Shown here one piece after another: positions 12,880-26,525 of a stretch of 64,000 nt of DNA. Under the pieces are notes generated by a model. It did no database searches, was not told the origin of the DNA, and was given only the letters and a program-made list of their open reading frames with translations. The first letter of the stretch is position 1, and every line of letters begins with the position of its first letter. Position numbers and translations under genes: made by a program. Origin of the DNA: the human T2T-CHM13v2.0 reference genome, Homo sapiens; assembly GCF_009914755.1 (NCBI RefSeq), contig NC_060934.1; one strand, 5' to 3'.

Positions 12880-13260
12880 GTTCCTCTTTTGTTTATAGCT
12901 GAGTGAGCTCCAATTGGATTAACCCTCTCACAGATAATCATATATTCTGGATAAAACATAAAGGGAAAAAAAAGCCTATATGAGGGCATTTGGAAAGAGG
13001 CCCAGAGCAGGTGGATCCAGAAGGCAAGCTGACACTAGGCAAAGGGAACAGTGAGGTGTGAGTTTCTTGTTTTTATGGCTTTGAGGCTGCTGGCGGGCCT
13101 GTCTAAGACATGCTGTACTGCTGACTCGTTAGAACTCAATGGAAAACTCGTGCACTTTCTGGCTTGAAGAACCAGAGCTGAGTTTGGGGCAATCACAGCT
13201 GCTGGAAAGTGAGACAGTAAAGAAGGGAACCCGAGTAGGGAGCCCTGCATTCTATGTACC
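12880..13260 (+). mobile_element. Possible ancient L1M 5' region
   Basis: accctctcacagataat...ttctggataaaac...gtgagtttcttgttttt...gaagaaccaga resembles old L1M 5'UTR; from memory only. Confidence 0.3.
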
Positions 13261-13847
13261 TTATAGTTTGCTATTATGACTAATAGATGACTCTTATACA
13301 AGGAGACACATTGTAATATCCATTGGGAAAAGGTGCTAAACCAAATTAGCACTAGACTGTCAATCAATCTAATTCAACATATATGCCATCCTGATGATTA
13401 TCCAATAGCATGCGTATACATAGGACTTCATATGCTAACAGAAATACAGCCCTCTATTCTCAAAATACAAATGATGCATATACATTTAAGATTTTTGTAA
13501 TAGGTTTCCAATTCTGTAACTATAGTTAGTCATTGTCTGTCTGGTAATATCTATTTTGATGGGTATATTTTTAGGGTATGGACATGAAAGTTTGTTGACT
13601 AGTAAAACAATGTTGCATATTATTTTAAGAAGAAGATACTTCCTTATTCATCTCTTTTTTGCATCTCTAATATCAATGCATTGATACTGGCTGAGAAACT
13701 TCCAGTTTCTATCATAAATTCCCTCATGGGTCTTGAATTGTTTGTTTGTTTGTTTTTATCCGCTACATAACGTGCCCCAAGAATTTGTTAGGTGGCACCT
13801 CTTTCTCTGATTGAACTGCTACTCTGATTTCTAATTCAACTTAATTA

Positions 13848-13917
13848 TACTGTTGGTGCAAAAGTAATTGCTGTTTTTGCTATTAATTTGGTGAAAACTG
13901 CAATTACACCAACCTAA
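13848..13917. mobile_element. MADE1 (degenerate, internal deletions)
   Basis: GTTGGTGCAAAAGTAATTGCTGTTTTTGC...AAAACTGCAATTACACCAACCTAA followed by TA. Confidence 0.85.
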
Positions 13918-14339
13918 TATTCATTCTTGAAGCTTCTCTGCTTCCTCTGTCAATTTGGAATTTATGCCTGCAGTTTGTAGACAAGTCGACATCCTCTGTC
14001 AGACCGCATCCACATGGATCCTAGCCCAATATTGAGTGCAGCAGGGATGTTTAACAATTATTGAATGAATACATGAATCACAATTTAATGTCCTAGAGAA
14101 AAGCAGGACAGTGTTAAACAGACTAGAAAGGGAGTGATTTCATGGTTGGAATTTTCTTTGCCAGATCCAGACATCAGACTTAGCTTTACAACCGTCTATC
14201 AGAAGCACCATACAGTATAATATTTCTTTCCTTCTTTTCTTTGGAATACCATTTTCTCTGGCCTGCAGGGAAACAACAATAATAAAAAAAAGGCTTTTCT
14301 CCTATTTTGTTAAGTGGGTGACAACAGACACTGAAGGTA

Positions 14340-14500
14340 GACAGACTTGAGGTTAAATTTTGACTCTGCTCCTTATTCATCTGGCCTTGTGCACGTTACC
14401 TCTCCTTTCTGAATCTGTCTCCTTCATCTGTAAAGAATGGGTTGCTCTGGGGATTAAACAAGACACAAACAAAAAGTCTGTAGTAAACGAATACATGGTA
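14340..14500 (+). mobile_element. MIR
   Basis: acagacttgaggttaaattttgactctgc...ctgaatctgtctccttcatctgtaaa...gggattaaa. Confidence 0.6.
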
Positions 14501-14519
14501 CATAGTAATAATTCTAACT

Positions 14520-14700
14520 TAGTCTTATTAAGTTTCGCTCTGTGTTGGGCACTTTATACATATTATTTCAGAAAATCCCCGTAGCTGGTAGGTACTATTT
14601 TTATGTTCACTTGTGTTACAGATGAAAGAAAACCTAAGACTTAAAGAATGATTTTAACTCTAAATCACTGGGGTTCCCATCCAGACTTCTATAGTGAATT
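14520..14700 (-). mobile_element. MIR (opposite orientation to its neighbour)
   Basis: gggcactttatacatattatttca...ggtaggtactatt...tacagatgaa. Confidence 0.55.
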
Positions 14701-15072
14701 CCAAAGTTTGTTTCCATCTCCTTCTCTATGCTGCTGCTTTAGAAGGTGGTCAGGGGAGAGAAGCACCTACCAACATCACCGTCATCATCATTATATTGTT
14801 TAAGTATCTTATTTATGAAATTGTAGACCACCATTTATTTTTATTTTAAAAGGTGACTATAATAACTTCATAGGACTAACAGTTGGGAGATGGTTAAAGT
14901 TGCCATTAATCAAAAGTTAGTGAAGATTTCTGTGTTACTATATCTCCTTCATGAAGTCCACAAAACTAAATTTTCACATCACACAAATTAGAGGATTGTT
15001 TGGCTTTTCCTCCAGAGAACTGTTTAAACCATTCACTAACTCTATATGAATTTATGTCTCCATGTGTTGTCC

Positions 15073-15580
15073 ATGCCCAAAAGAATATAAATCATTCTAT
15101 TATAAAGACACATGCATGCATATGTTTATTGCAGCACTATTCACAATAGCAAAGACATGGAATCAACCCAATGCCCATCAATGAGAGACTGGATAAAGAA
15201 AGTATATGTGGTACATATACACCATGGAATACTATACAGCCATAAAAAAGAATGAGATCATGTACTTTGCAGGGACATAGATGGAGCTGGAAGCCATTAC
15301 CCTTAGCAAGCCAACACAGGAACAGAAAACCAAATACTGCATGTTTTCACAGGAGCTAAATGATAAGAACACGTGGGCACACAGAGGAAAACAACATGCA
15401 CTGGGGCCTTTAAGAGGGTGGAGGGTGGAAGGAGGGGGAGGATCAGGAAAAATAACTAATGGATACTAGGGTTAATACCTGGGTGATGAAATAATCTGTA
15501 CCAAAAAACCCCCATGACACAAGTTTACCTATGTAACAACCTGCTCTTGTACTCCTGAACTTAAAAGTTAAGAAAGAAAG
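15073..15580 (+). mobile_element. L1PA (older, about PA13-15) 3' end
   Basis: ATAAAGACACATGC...MELEAITLSK peptide...GGATCAGGAAAAATAACTAATGG...CCTGGGTGATGAAATAATCTGTAC. Confidence 0.92.
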
Positions 15581-16545
15581 ATGTTTAGAATATGCCTAAA
15601 TCGATAAGAATACATTTTCACTGGATTTATCATATTCAAAGGATGGGTTTTGTTGTTGTTGTTTGTTTTGTTTTGTTTTTATCTCATCTAAAAAACACAC
15701 TGTCAAATTCGAGGGGAGTGTTAACTTAAAAACCTTAGGAGTTGGGTCAATCATGTTGACATTTGTGGTCCTGGTTCCAGGAAGTCAGTTTTATCGGACA
15801 GATGGGCCAGTCCAATAAAGGGTTGCCCTCACACTTCACCCTTGTTTGGCAAATGCATATAAAAATGGATATCCTGAGAAGTGACATTTTTTTAGAACAT
15901 TACTGTTCATTGTCTTTAAGGATTGCTTGATAGAAGACAAGCTATGCACTTTAACTCCATCTCCTTGCTCCCAGGCTACATTCATCAATTTTCTCTTTCC
16001 ATAAAGATGTCTTAGCTGTCTCTTGATCTAATTTATGCTTCTGTTCTTATTTGGCAATTTACTTTCCTGGTTTCACATCCCAAACAAACAAAAACAGCTC
16101 TTCTGGGAATCCTTCGCTCTCTTTATTTTATAGTGTTTCTTAAAGTTTGCAACACAGATCTAAATATTTTGTACCTCTTTATCGAATTATCAAATGCCAC
16201 CTTAATTTCAAACATGCTGTGGTGGGGGTATTTCCTGTTATTAAAAGCTCAGTAAAATTTTGTTTTAGTGTTTTTCATATGTTAAATATAAAAACTGAAC
16301 ATATTAAGGTTAGGAAAAAGGTCTTCAGTAGCTTTGGATTTCTAAAATTAAATGTGACTAACTGAAAATTATAAAAAGGTCAAGATTGGGCTACTGTTTT
16401 TCATAACATTGTTTTGAAATACAGAAAGAAGGATTTGACTGGTTCCTAGGTGGTAGGGTTCTATATCATCCTATTTATGTTTTCCTCTCTCCATCCTTAA
16501 TTATTAATTTCACAGTACTATTTTATTTTTGTGTAGGCCCAGTTA

Positions 16546-16957
<412 letters not shown>

Positions 16958-17171
16958 CTAGTTTTCTAAATTCTACAGCATGAGTTTATTGTAGCATGGC
17001 TATATCTAACTTGTTATTAAGAAGAAAGTGGGTAGATAGATACTTTTCTGTTTCAAATGATGGCAAACAGGAATAAATACACTCGGAGGTTTACCTTTTT
17101 GGCATTTTATTTTATTTCGCTATAGAAAAATTATTTCAGACTTTATTTGTTGGATTTAAAATGTTTACCTT

Positions 17172-17479
17172 GGCTAGACACAGTAGCTCACAGCTGTCAT
17201 CCCAATACTTTGGGAGGCTGAGGTGGGAGGATTGTTTGAGCTCAGGAGTTCAAGACCATAGCTAGACATCATCTCTATGAATTAAAAAAAAAAAAAATAG
17301 CCTGGTGTGGTGGCACATGCCTGTAGTCCCAGCTACTTGGGAGGCTGAGGTGAAAGGACCGCTTGAGCCCAAGAGGTCAAGGCTGCAGTGAGTCATGACC
17401 ACGCCACTGCACTCCTGTCTGAGTGACAGAGCAAGACCTTGTCTCAAAAATAATAAATGAATAAAATTAAAAATGAAAG
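17172..17479 (+). mobile_element. AluJ
   Basis: GGAGGATTGTTTGAGCTCAGG and GTCAAGGCTGCAGTGAG; TSD TAAAATGTTTACCTT (17157-17171) / TAAAATATTTCCCTT (17480-17494). Confidence 0.93.
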
Positions 17480-17845
17480 TAAAATATTTCCCTTTTCATC
17501 CTAAGACCAAAGATTGTGGTCTATCTGACACTGTTTGTAGGTAAAAGGAAGTTCTTCCCTCATTCTGAAATTGTGAAGAAAACTAGATCTTCAAGCCCCA
17601 AAGACACACAAAGCCATATAATGGGTCAGGTTTTCTAAAATAGTGTAAATATGGTTTCAGAGAACTAGGGCTTGGGAACTTGCACCCTTATTCCCTATTT
17701 CCTGGAAAACACACTTTGCCATGACTTGTCATCCTCGCTAATTTGGGAGCTGCACATCCTTGGCTGCCATTGACTGGTGCAGTAATGGTCAGTTAGAATC
17801 TTTCCCTAGGATTTTCCAAACAGGACAAACTAGAACCAAAGGAAA

Positions 17846-17846
<1 letters not shown>

Positions 17847-17929
<83 letters not shown>

Positions 17930-17946
17930 GAGAAGAGAGAGAGAGA
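17847..17946. repeat. Compound (CA)24-(GA)n microsatellite
   Basis: Direct reading of the sequence. Confidence 0.97.
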
Positions 17947-18002
17947 CCATTATTTTCTAGTAGTAGAGCTAAAATGTGTACAATTCCTAGGTTGTTAGTG
18001 GC

Positions 18003-18494
18003 TGTGGTGGATGAACTTTAAGGGGACCCCCACATCCCTGCTTCTGGTGTTCATTTGCATAATCCCTTCACTTTGAGCATGAGCAGAACCTGAGACTTGA
18101 TTCTAACCTTCACTGGGCATGGCAAAGGAGAAGGATGCCACTCTTGTGATTCCATTAATTATACAAGACTCCATCATGGCCTGGCATTGAGAATCCCCAT
18201 CCGTCATGGCCTGGCATTGAGAAGCAAGCTTCCATGAATGCAGCGACCACAAGGAAATGAACTCTAGCAGCGACCAGAGGTAGCTGGGAAGCAGATCCTT
18301 CCCCAGCCAAGCCTTTGATAAGGATCAAGCCCTGGTTGACAGCTTCATTGCAGGCATATGAATTTCCAGGCAGAAGACCCAGATAAGCCAAGCCGTCATT
18401 CTAACCCACAGGAACTCAGAGTTTTATTTATAAAAATTGTTTTACGCTGCTTAGTTTGTGGGAATTTGTTACATAGCAGCAGACAACTAATAAG
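18003..18494 (+). mobile_element. MaLR solo LTR (MLT1F/E-like)
   Basis: Starts TGTGGT; TAATCCCTTCACTTTGAG...ATGGCAAAGG; ends TTTGTTACATAGCAG..AACTAATA; 5-bp TSD GTGGC/ATGGC. Confidence 0.8.
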
Positions 18495-19195
18495 ATGGCC
18501 CCACGTTTCCTGCTCTGTGGGGAAAGCTGGTTGGCAGGGTTAGACACAGGTTGACATGCAGACAGAACCAAATCAACGTGACTACAGGTGACCTTTTGAG
18601 TTTTTAGTTCTAGTTACTCATGAATCTTAGCTGCATCTTTGCTCTCTTTGTAGTTTAACTTTCCAAACCTTCCATGCATTCTATGATAAACCAGTCCCCT
18701 TTTTTCCCGAAGTCAATTTTTTTTCAGATCTCTTACCCAAATGAAGCCTAATGTACTCTGTTCACTGAACTACAAAGAATAGTCACAAATAATTAAATCC
18801 CATGAAACTTTTCCTTCATTTCCAGGTGAAGGCTGAACCTATGAGATATAAAAATAGCCAGATTAAATGAGAGTGGTTAGATAGTCTTTGGGATGTTTGG
18901 AGTCTGAATTTGTTAACCTCCTCTGTGTTTTGGAAAAGCCTAACCATGGAATCGTATAGCCAAAACTGCCAGATGTTTCTAGCTATCTGTGTATCAGACC
19001 ATACACAGACCATATTTACAAGACTAACTTCATGATTCATCCTTTAAACGGATGTTTAGATGTTGGGTATAGGCTAAGTTTAAAAGTAACAAGGTCAAAA
19101 ACGCTGGCTGTACCCATTGTATTTAATTTAATTTCACTTAATTTTATTTATTTTGGCGATTGCCAAATATAAGGCTCATGGAAAGTCTCTTGTAG

Positions 19196-19570
<375 letters not shown>

Positions 19571-20124
19571 TAATTTGAGCACAACTGACCTCAATCATGA
19601 AAATTATTTCATCCCTACCACTGAGTGGTTAGCAATAATCTTGTGGTTAAAAAATTCTGAAATGCTTTTCTCGGTCTCCTCATACACAGTGGATGATGGA
19701 AATATTATGAAACACAAAGCCATCATTTCAGCGTGGACCATGAGAATTTAGCTTGATTCTCCAAAATTCCTTAATAACATTATAGGTTTGTAATTTTATG
19801 CTTGTTACACCTTTTATTCTTGGACATAATAACATCAGCTCATCTGACCCTTTCTTTTTTCTTTTCTGCTCTTCTAATATCAGAATTCTAGAAGTTGGCC
19901 ACTCACTGTGATATTGTTTGGTTGTGCTAGTAGCAGTGTTATTCTCAAAAGAAAATTCTGGGTGGGAAAGAAAGGAAATGAGTAAATTTCTTCATTAACT
20001 GCATTTTAATGTACATCAGTGATATGTTAACTGATGTTAATGTACATCAGTGATATGTACATAAGACTGGGAAGAGATGGAATGTGGAAGCCTTCTCAAT
20101 TACACTCTTCTCTTGGTTACAGTT

Positions 20125-20920
20125 TCTTTTTAATTTTTTTTTTTAATTTCCAACTTTTATTCTAAGTTCAGGGTTACATGTGCAGGATGCACGGGTTTGT
20201 TACGTAGGGAAACGTGCCATGGTGCATTGCTGCACAGATTATCCCACCACCTAGGTATTAAGCCCAGCATCCATTAGCTACTCTTCCTGATGCTCTCCCT
20301 CCTCCCACTCCCTACTCTCCTACATTCCCCAGTGTGTGTTGTTCCCCTCAATGTGTCCATGATTTCTCATCATTCAGCTCCCACTTGTAAGTGACAACAT
20401 GTGATATTTGGTTTTCTGTTCCTGTGTTAATTTGCTAAGGCTAATGGCTTCCAGCTCCATGTGTGTCCCTGCAAAGGACATGATCTTGTTCCTTTTTACG
20501 GCGGCAGAGTATTACATGGTATATATATGTACCAGATTTTCTTTTCCTTTCTTTTTCTTTCTTTTTTTTGATGGAGTTTCTCTCTGTTGCCCAGGCTGGA
20601 GTGCAGTGCGCGATCTCAGCTCACTGCAACCTTTACCTCCCAGGTTCAAGCGATTCTCCTGCCTCAGCCTCCTGAGTAGCTGTGATTACAGGCATAAGCC
20701 AAAACACCCAGCTAATTTTTGTATTTTTAGTAGAGACAGGGTTTCGCCGTGTTGGCCAGGTTGGTCTCGAACTCCTGACCTCAAATGATCCACCTGCTTA
20801 GGCCTCCCAAAGTGCTGGGATTACAGGCATGAACCACCATGCCTGGTCCCGTCCCACATTTTCTTTATCTAGTCTATCATTGATGGGCATTTAGGTTGAT
20901 TCCATGTTTTTGCTATTGCG
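20125..20920 (-). mobile_element. L1PA (about PA8-13) 3' end interrupted by an Alu
   Basis: CAACTTTTATTCTAAGTTCAGGG..ACATGTGCAGG...GCAAAGGACATGATC...TTGATGGGCATTTAGGTTGATTCCATG. Confidence 0.9.
20545..20848 (-). mobile_element. AluS nested in L1PA
   Basis: TSD GTACCAGATTTTCTTT (20529-20544) / GTCCCACATTTTCTTT (20851-20866). Confidence 0.95.
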
Positions 20921-21343
20921 TTATACTTTATTTTATGAAGTTTGTTCTAAAAGGTGATCAGAGAGAGAAATTGTAGGAAGATCATCATTTACTCATTTAT
21001 CTATTAATTCAGAGATTGTTTACTTAATTATTAACACAGACATATGAACCACATGCTTAATAAACGCTATTTGATGATAAGTGGGGTCTGGAAATATGTA
21101 GAAAGATTGAAATTCATTATGCAGATGCTACTGTGCAGATCTTTTCTATTTCTTCATTCAAGAGATGCTTCTCTTTCGAGTGGTGTAAGGCGAGTCTTTA
21201 TCATGCAGTAGATCAATGAGATCAATAGATGCTTTGACTCATAACACATTTCTTTTTCCTATTACATCATTGCAGACAATTTGTATCCCCATTTTATAGA
21301 TGTAGGGGTTAAAATATAAAATCACAAAAAAGGTGACCCAGGA

Positions 21344-21800
21344 CAGAACTTCTCAAATTGTGTTCCTTGAATACCATTTTTCTGAAATCTCAGTGGGTGC
21401 TCTCAGAACAAAATATTTCATGAGCAAATAAGGTTGGAAAAGGCCCTTCACGGAATTTTATAATAAACATGAACATATATTAATGGTTCCGGGCTGGGCA
21501 CAGTGTCTCACACCTGTAATCCCAGCTCTGTGGGAGGCCAAGGCAGGGGGATCACGAGGTCAAGAGACCAAGACCATCCTGGCCAAGATGGTGAAACCCC
21601 GTCTCTACTGAAAATACATAAGTTAGCCAGGTGTGGTGGTGTGCGCCTGTAGTCTCAGCTACTCAGGAGGCTGAGGCAAGAGACTCCTTTGAATCTGGGA
21701 GGCGGAGGATGCAGCGAGCCGAGATCACACCACTGCACTCCAGCCTGGCGATAGAGTAAGATTCCAACTCAAAAAAAGAAAAAAGGTTCTGGGAAGCTGA
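21344..21800. mobile_element. MER103-like hAT DNA-transposon relic interrupted by an Alu
   Basis: cagaacttctcaaattgtgttcc...caaataaggttggaaa...catatattaatggtt..ctgggaag. Confidence 0.5.
21492..21784 (+). mobile_element. AluSc-like
   Basis: GATCACGAGGTCAAGAGA..ACCATCCTGGCCAA; short TSD AATGGTTCCG / AAAGGTTCTG. Confidence 0.93.
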
Positions 21801-22014
21801 AATGTATAAAATTAGTCAAGGAAGGATAGAGAAAGCAGAGAAGGTAAGAAGGAATCTACTTGAAAATTAAGTGAGCAAACTTAATTGCACCAAGGTAGAC
21901 TCTTTCCCAGTATACCCTAATAAATTTTGGCCCGTGCCTGCAAACTTACCCTTCTGTCTCCCTCCACTCCCAAAGCTTTGCTCTGAACAGCAGTATGAGA
22001 AGCTAGACCTGGGG

Positions 22015-22480
22015 TCATTCATCAATAAAACAAATATATACTGAGCCCGTGCTTTGGGCCAATCCGTGTGGTAGGCAGTAGAAGCTTGATGTTGAGTTGG
22101 AATGTTCGATACCACCTGCCCTCTATGAGAAGGGATTAGTAGAAAAATAAACAAGCAGTTGCAATGAAATATGATGCAGATCACCATCAGGGAAAAGTAA
22201 AGGATATTAACAGAGCACATCAGTGAGGCTAATGGATGGAGGTGGGCATGGAAGACTTCCTGGAAGAGGTGACACATAGCTAAAACCTGAGTGACAGGTT
22301 GTTGTTTACCAGATGAAGAAATAGAGGAGAGGTATCTGTTACAAGAGTGACTTTTGCAGCAGAGAAAGGCTGGAGGGAGATTCTTTCACTATGGCTGGAG
22401 ATGCCACTGAGAGTGTCATTTGTTGAACAGGCCTAGAGTGATTGGTAGGAATCAAATTTTGAAGGGCCTTGGAGGATATT
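22015..22480 (-). mobile_element. L2 LINE fragment
   Basis: tcattcatc..caaatatatactgagc...ggaagacttcctggaagaggtgac (antisense L2 3' region). Confidence 0.7.
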
Positions 22481-24560
22481 TTCTTATGAGAATTTCTTTT
22501 CTGGATTACCAATTAAAGTCCTCCCCATCCCCCACCATAGACTGGAATTATGGACATACGTCATTAATGGATCTATTAGCTTCAGAGAGTTAAGAAAGCA
22601 GCAGTGGTATGGAATGCTTCAAAGTGTGCTCTGAGCATTCAGAAGACTCACATCAACTGATTCTATTGAGTGGGATTCAGGAGAATCAAGTTATTTTTAA
22701 GTAGTTGCACTTCATCCTAAAACTTTATGAAACTTTTGTTTAGCATCTTTCCACTGAAGCCACTGGTAAATCTCTATGTTACCAAATACCAAGCCAGAGA
22801 TGCCCACATTTTTGTCCAGCATTTGCTATACTTGAGAGTATTATATGATTGTTCATTTAGCAACAGTCTCTAAATAAGAAAATACTGCAACACATGCTTG
22901 ATTTTTTTTCAATTAAGTTTAAAATGAATGCAGAAATCTGAGCGCTTACTCCTTTTAAATGGTTTAAATTTAACAATACATTTTGCATTGTGCAATAAAG
23001 AAGCAGCTGTAAATGCAATGAATATTTGTTTATGATGTCTTGGTGGTAATTGGGTTTAGCAAGGCATGCAAAGAACCGTTTTCTTCAAATGACTTATTGG
23101 AAATGTGAAAGGACAACAAGTTTCCTTTCTACAGGCAAGCTTCCTTTCTTCAACCCCAGCGATGATATTAAGAATAAATTGCAGAACAGATTTAATACCA
23201 AGCATAAAAGACCCTTGTCCCGGATGCATGGACATAACTTATAATTACTATACTATTTAAAGTATGCTATTACTATTTGACTTACATTTGCTATAATTAC
23301 TGGGTATTATTCTTCAAGTAGCTAGGAATAAATGATCATTAACATGATGTCCTGTGTAATTCTGATATATGATAAATGGCACAATTGTATTCTTCCTTTT
23401 GGAGGTAAAGTGCTTAGCTTATAATAACAAATTAAGACTTGGGAGGGGTTGGGGGATTGAAGCCTGCTTTCTTAAGGATCACTGAAAATGTTTTGCTGCT
23501 TTCATAAAATGCTACTAGTTTATTTATTTTAACATGCTTATTTTGACCATGCTGTGTTTTTCTAGTTAATAATCTTGATCCATCAGAACTGACTTTGTCC
23601 CAGCTGTGATTGAACTTTTTTTTTTAATTGCTGTATGAAGACACTCACAGGATGAGACACAATTGTCTTTAATGTTAGAGATTTCACCCGTGACAATGAG
23701 GATGACTTTTTTCCAGTGACTGAATTTTCACCTTCCAATCCCAAAGGTCACACAAAGGTAATGTTTTCCTTAAAACATACCTATTAAAGTGACCAGCCTT
23801 AACATAAACAAAATCTTTTAAAATGCAGACACCTGAAAAATCCAGGATTTCAATCCTGGCTCCAAAGTTTGAATATGAAAAGGAGAACCAGGCGTAATGA
23901 AATTCCTTTGAAGCAGGACTTCTAACCCTAATTTAAAAGCAGTATTCGGATTATTCACATCATGTATTTTCCACAAATGGATCCTCGGCTCAGGTTTTCT
24001 TATTTTATTGTAAAAAAAATTCCACTGGCCAATGATAAATCCTAACTCATGAGTTATCTTTTCCAAGTCTCATGTAATATATTTCTAGTCTAGTTTCATG
24101 TAATACACTTCTACTGTGTTGACTATTAGGTCATCAGAAGAAAACAAACCCCCAACCTTTCATGAAACAAACTTTCCCCAACAACATTATCACGATGGTA
24201 ATGCAAACATTCCTTCCATTTTTGTGACAGTTTGACTCAGCTATAAAAGTTTATGAATACATGTTGTTTTCAGATAGGATTTAAATAAATAAGAAAGGAA
24301 TGGAAACTAATGTGTATTAAATGCCTACTATGTGTTGAGTGTGTTTACAGAAATATCTTAGGTATTAGTCACTTTGTTTTTAAGGAGAGGGTTTTGAAAG
24401 CCTAGACTACTTTCTCAGACCTATTTTTTATGTGACTTGTGGTTTTCTGAACTCTGCAAGGCTCTTGCAATCTACCTTGTAAATTCACTGAAGGGCTGTT
24501 TGTCTCAAGCTGGAACTGCCCAGACATGATGGACGTGGAGCCATAAAAGCTGGATGGTCA

Positions 24561-24881
<321 letters not shown>

Positions 24882-25479
24882 TTATCTTAGAGACAAAACC
24901 TGTGCTTCCAGTTCCCGGATATAAGACCAACTGAACAAGACATGGAATTAACTGAATCTTGTCATTTAAAAGGATTCTGCCTTATTTTTCATAGTACGGG
25001 CTTTACTTCCACAAACAGGAACTAAAAATATGGATCCTCTTGGGAGAGCTCTCCAGTGTAAGGAAATATCACAATTATTTTTTTTTCCTGATACTATTTG
25101 AAAGAAGGACAGTAAAATATGTGGAGGAGGTTGCCTTAATTCTTATTCTTATTTTATTTCAAAATATTTTTTCCTGATTATAAAAGTCAAACATGCTCAT
25201 TTTAGAAAGCATAAAGACATATAAAAAAGAAAATAAAGGTTGGACACAATGCTGCCATTAGGAAATAACCACATTCATTTAAGTATAGGTATAAGTACAT
25301 ACTTTAATATTGGAATACTCATATAAATATTTTTAAAATTGGGATCATAATACAAGCAACACTAAAAAAACTACTTTGCTTGTATCCTTCTCAGATTTTT
25401 ATTCACACTGCAATTAGAAAAGCCCCAAAATTTGACTTGAAAAACTACATAGTCCCAGAGGCAAATTTTTTTTCCTGTA

Positions 25480-25850
25480 CATTACTGTGGATATCTTCCA
25501 CTGCTATTAAATATATTTGAAAATATGATTTTTCATGGATCCTCAGTATTAAGTTCTACGGCCATAATACAGTTTATTTAAACATCCCTGCATTGTTGAA
25601 CATTTCACTGGAAACCAATTTTTCATTATTGTAAATAACACCCTCAGAAAGTCTGGGAGGAACGTCCTAGTCTTGCTTACTGCTGTGTCATAGGGTCTAG
25701 CACACTTTGCCGTACAGGTATGGTGAGCACTCAATCAAAAGGTTTTGAATAAATAAATAATTATTTTCTTCTGAATGTCTTCCATTTCCTTGGTGAATAT
25801 TTCTAGAAATGGAATTACCTTGTCAAAGCTTATGAACTTTAAAATAAGGT
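25480..25850 (-). mobile_element. Ancient L1M(E)-like fragment with an L2 3'-end piece (~25650-25760)
   Basis: gttgaacattt...ttccaattttt-like...tttctagaaatggaatt..gtcaaag; L2-like gagcactcaat..tgaataaataaa. Confidence 0.45.
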
Positions 25851-26020
25851 TCCCTATAGAAACCTGATTTCCTACTTAACATTAGCACCCATGAAAAGAA
25901 TGGTTTATTTTTCCTGAAGCTTTTTAATAAACAGAAGTATTTACATTGTATATTATGAAGATGGCCTCAAAATCCTCCTACAACACTGGAAACCCTTCTG
26001 ATCTTCAAATGCTACCTGCC

Positions 26021-26120
26021 AGACAAAAACCAAATCAATTTTATCTTCTTTTTAAAAATTTTTATTAAATAATTTTTTAAAATTTCTTCTCTTGAACTCC
26101 TTAAAACTCTTAGTAATGGT
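26021..26120 (+). repeat. 100-bp dispersed direct repeat, copy 1
   Basis: Shares the exact 32-mer CTCTTGAACTCCTTAAAACTCTTAGTAATGGT and the AGACAAAAA..TCAATTTTATCTTCTTTT start with 27422-27521. Confidence 0.9.
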
Positions 26121-26314
26121 CACTCTATACTTCATTTCCAAGTTATTATTTACTTATGCTATTTAAAAAACATAGTATAGGAAAAAGAAAAAATAATCTT
26201 TGTATATGTTTGGATTTTTGGTGTTTTATTATTATTATTATTCTTTTGCCAGTATTTCATGTGGCAATATTTTATCTCTTCAACTAGACCTTAGACTCGT
26301 TGAAGACTGGAGAT

Positions 26315-26525
26315 TGTAGTGATTGAGAGCACAGGTTTTAGAGTCCTTCGATATGACTAACAATGGCTCCGTGACTTCATGTGAGTAAGTTAACCCTTAG
26401 TTTTCTCATCTGTCAACAGGGCTAATGATACCTCCCTCTCATGACTGTTTTAAGACTCAAATGAGAAAATGTATGCAAGGTGCTTGGCACAGAGTCTGGC
26501 ATACATGAAGTTGCTCAATAGGTTT
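26315..26525 (+). mobile_element. MIR, near full length
   Basis: gtagtgattgagagcacagg...ttagttttctcatctgtcaa...aaatgagaaaatgtatgcaaggtgcttggcacagagtctggcatac. Confidence 0.8.

Larger units (their letters stand above)
17680..18750. mobile_element. Old ERVL-type LTR (LTR33/LTR16-like) interrupted by a microsatellite and an MLT1
   Basis: ccttggctgccattgactgg...tagaatctttccctaggatttt, with a continuation after 18495; diverged. Confidence 0.35.
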
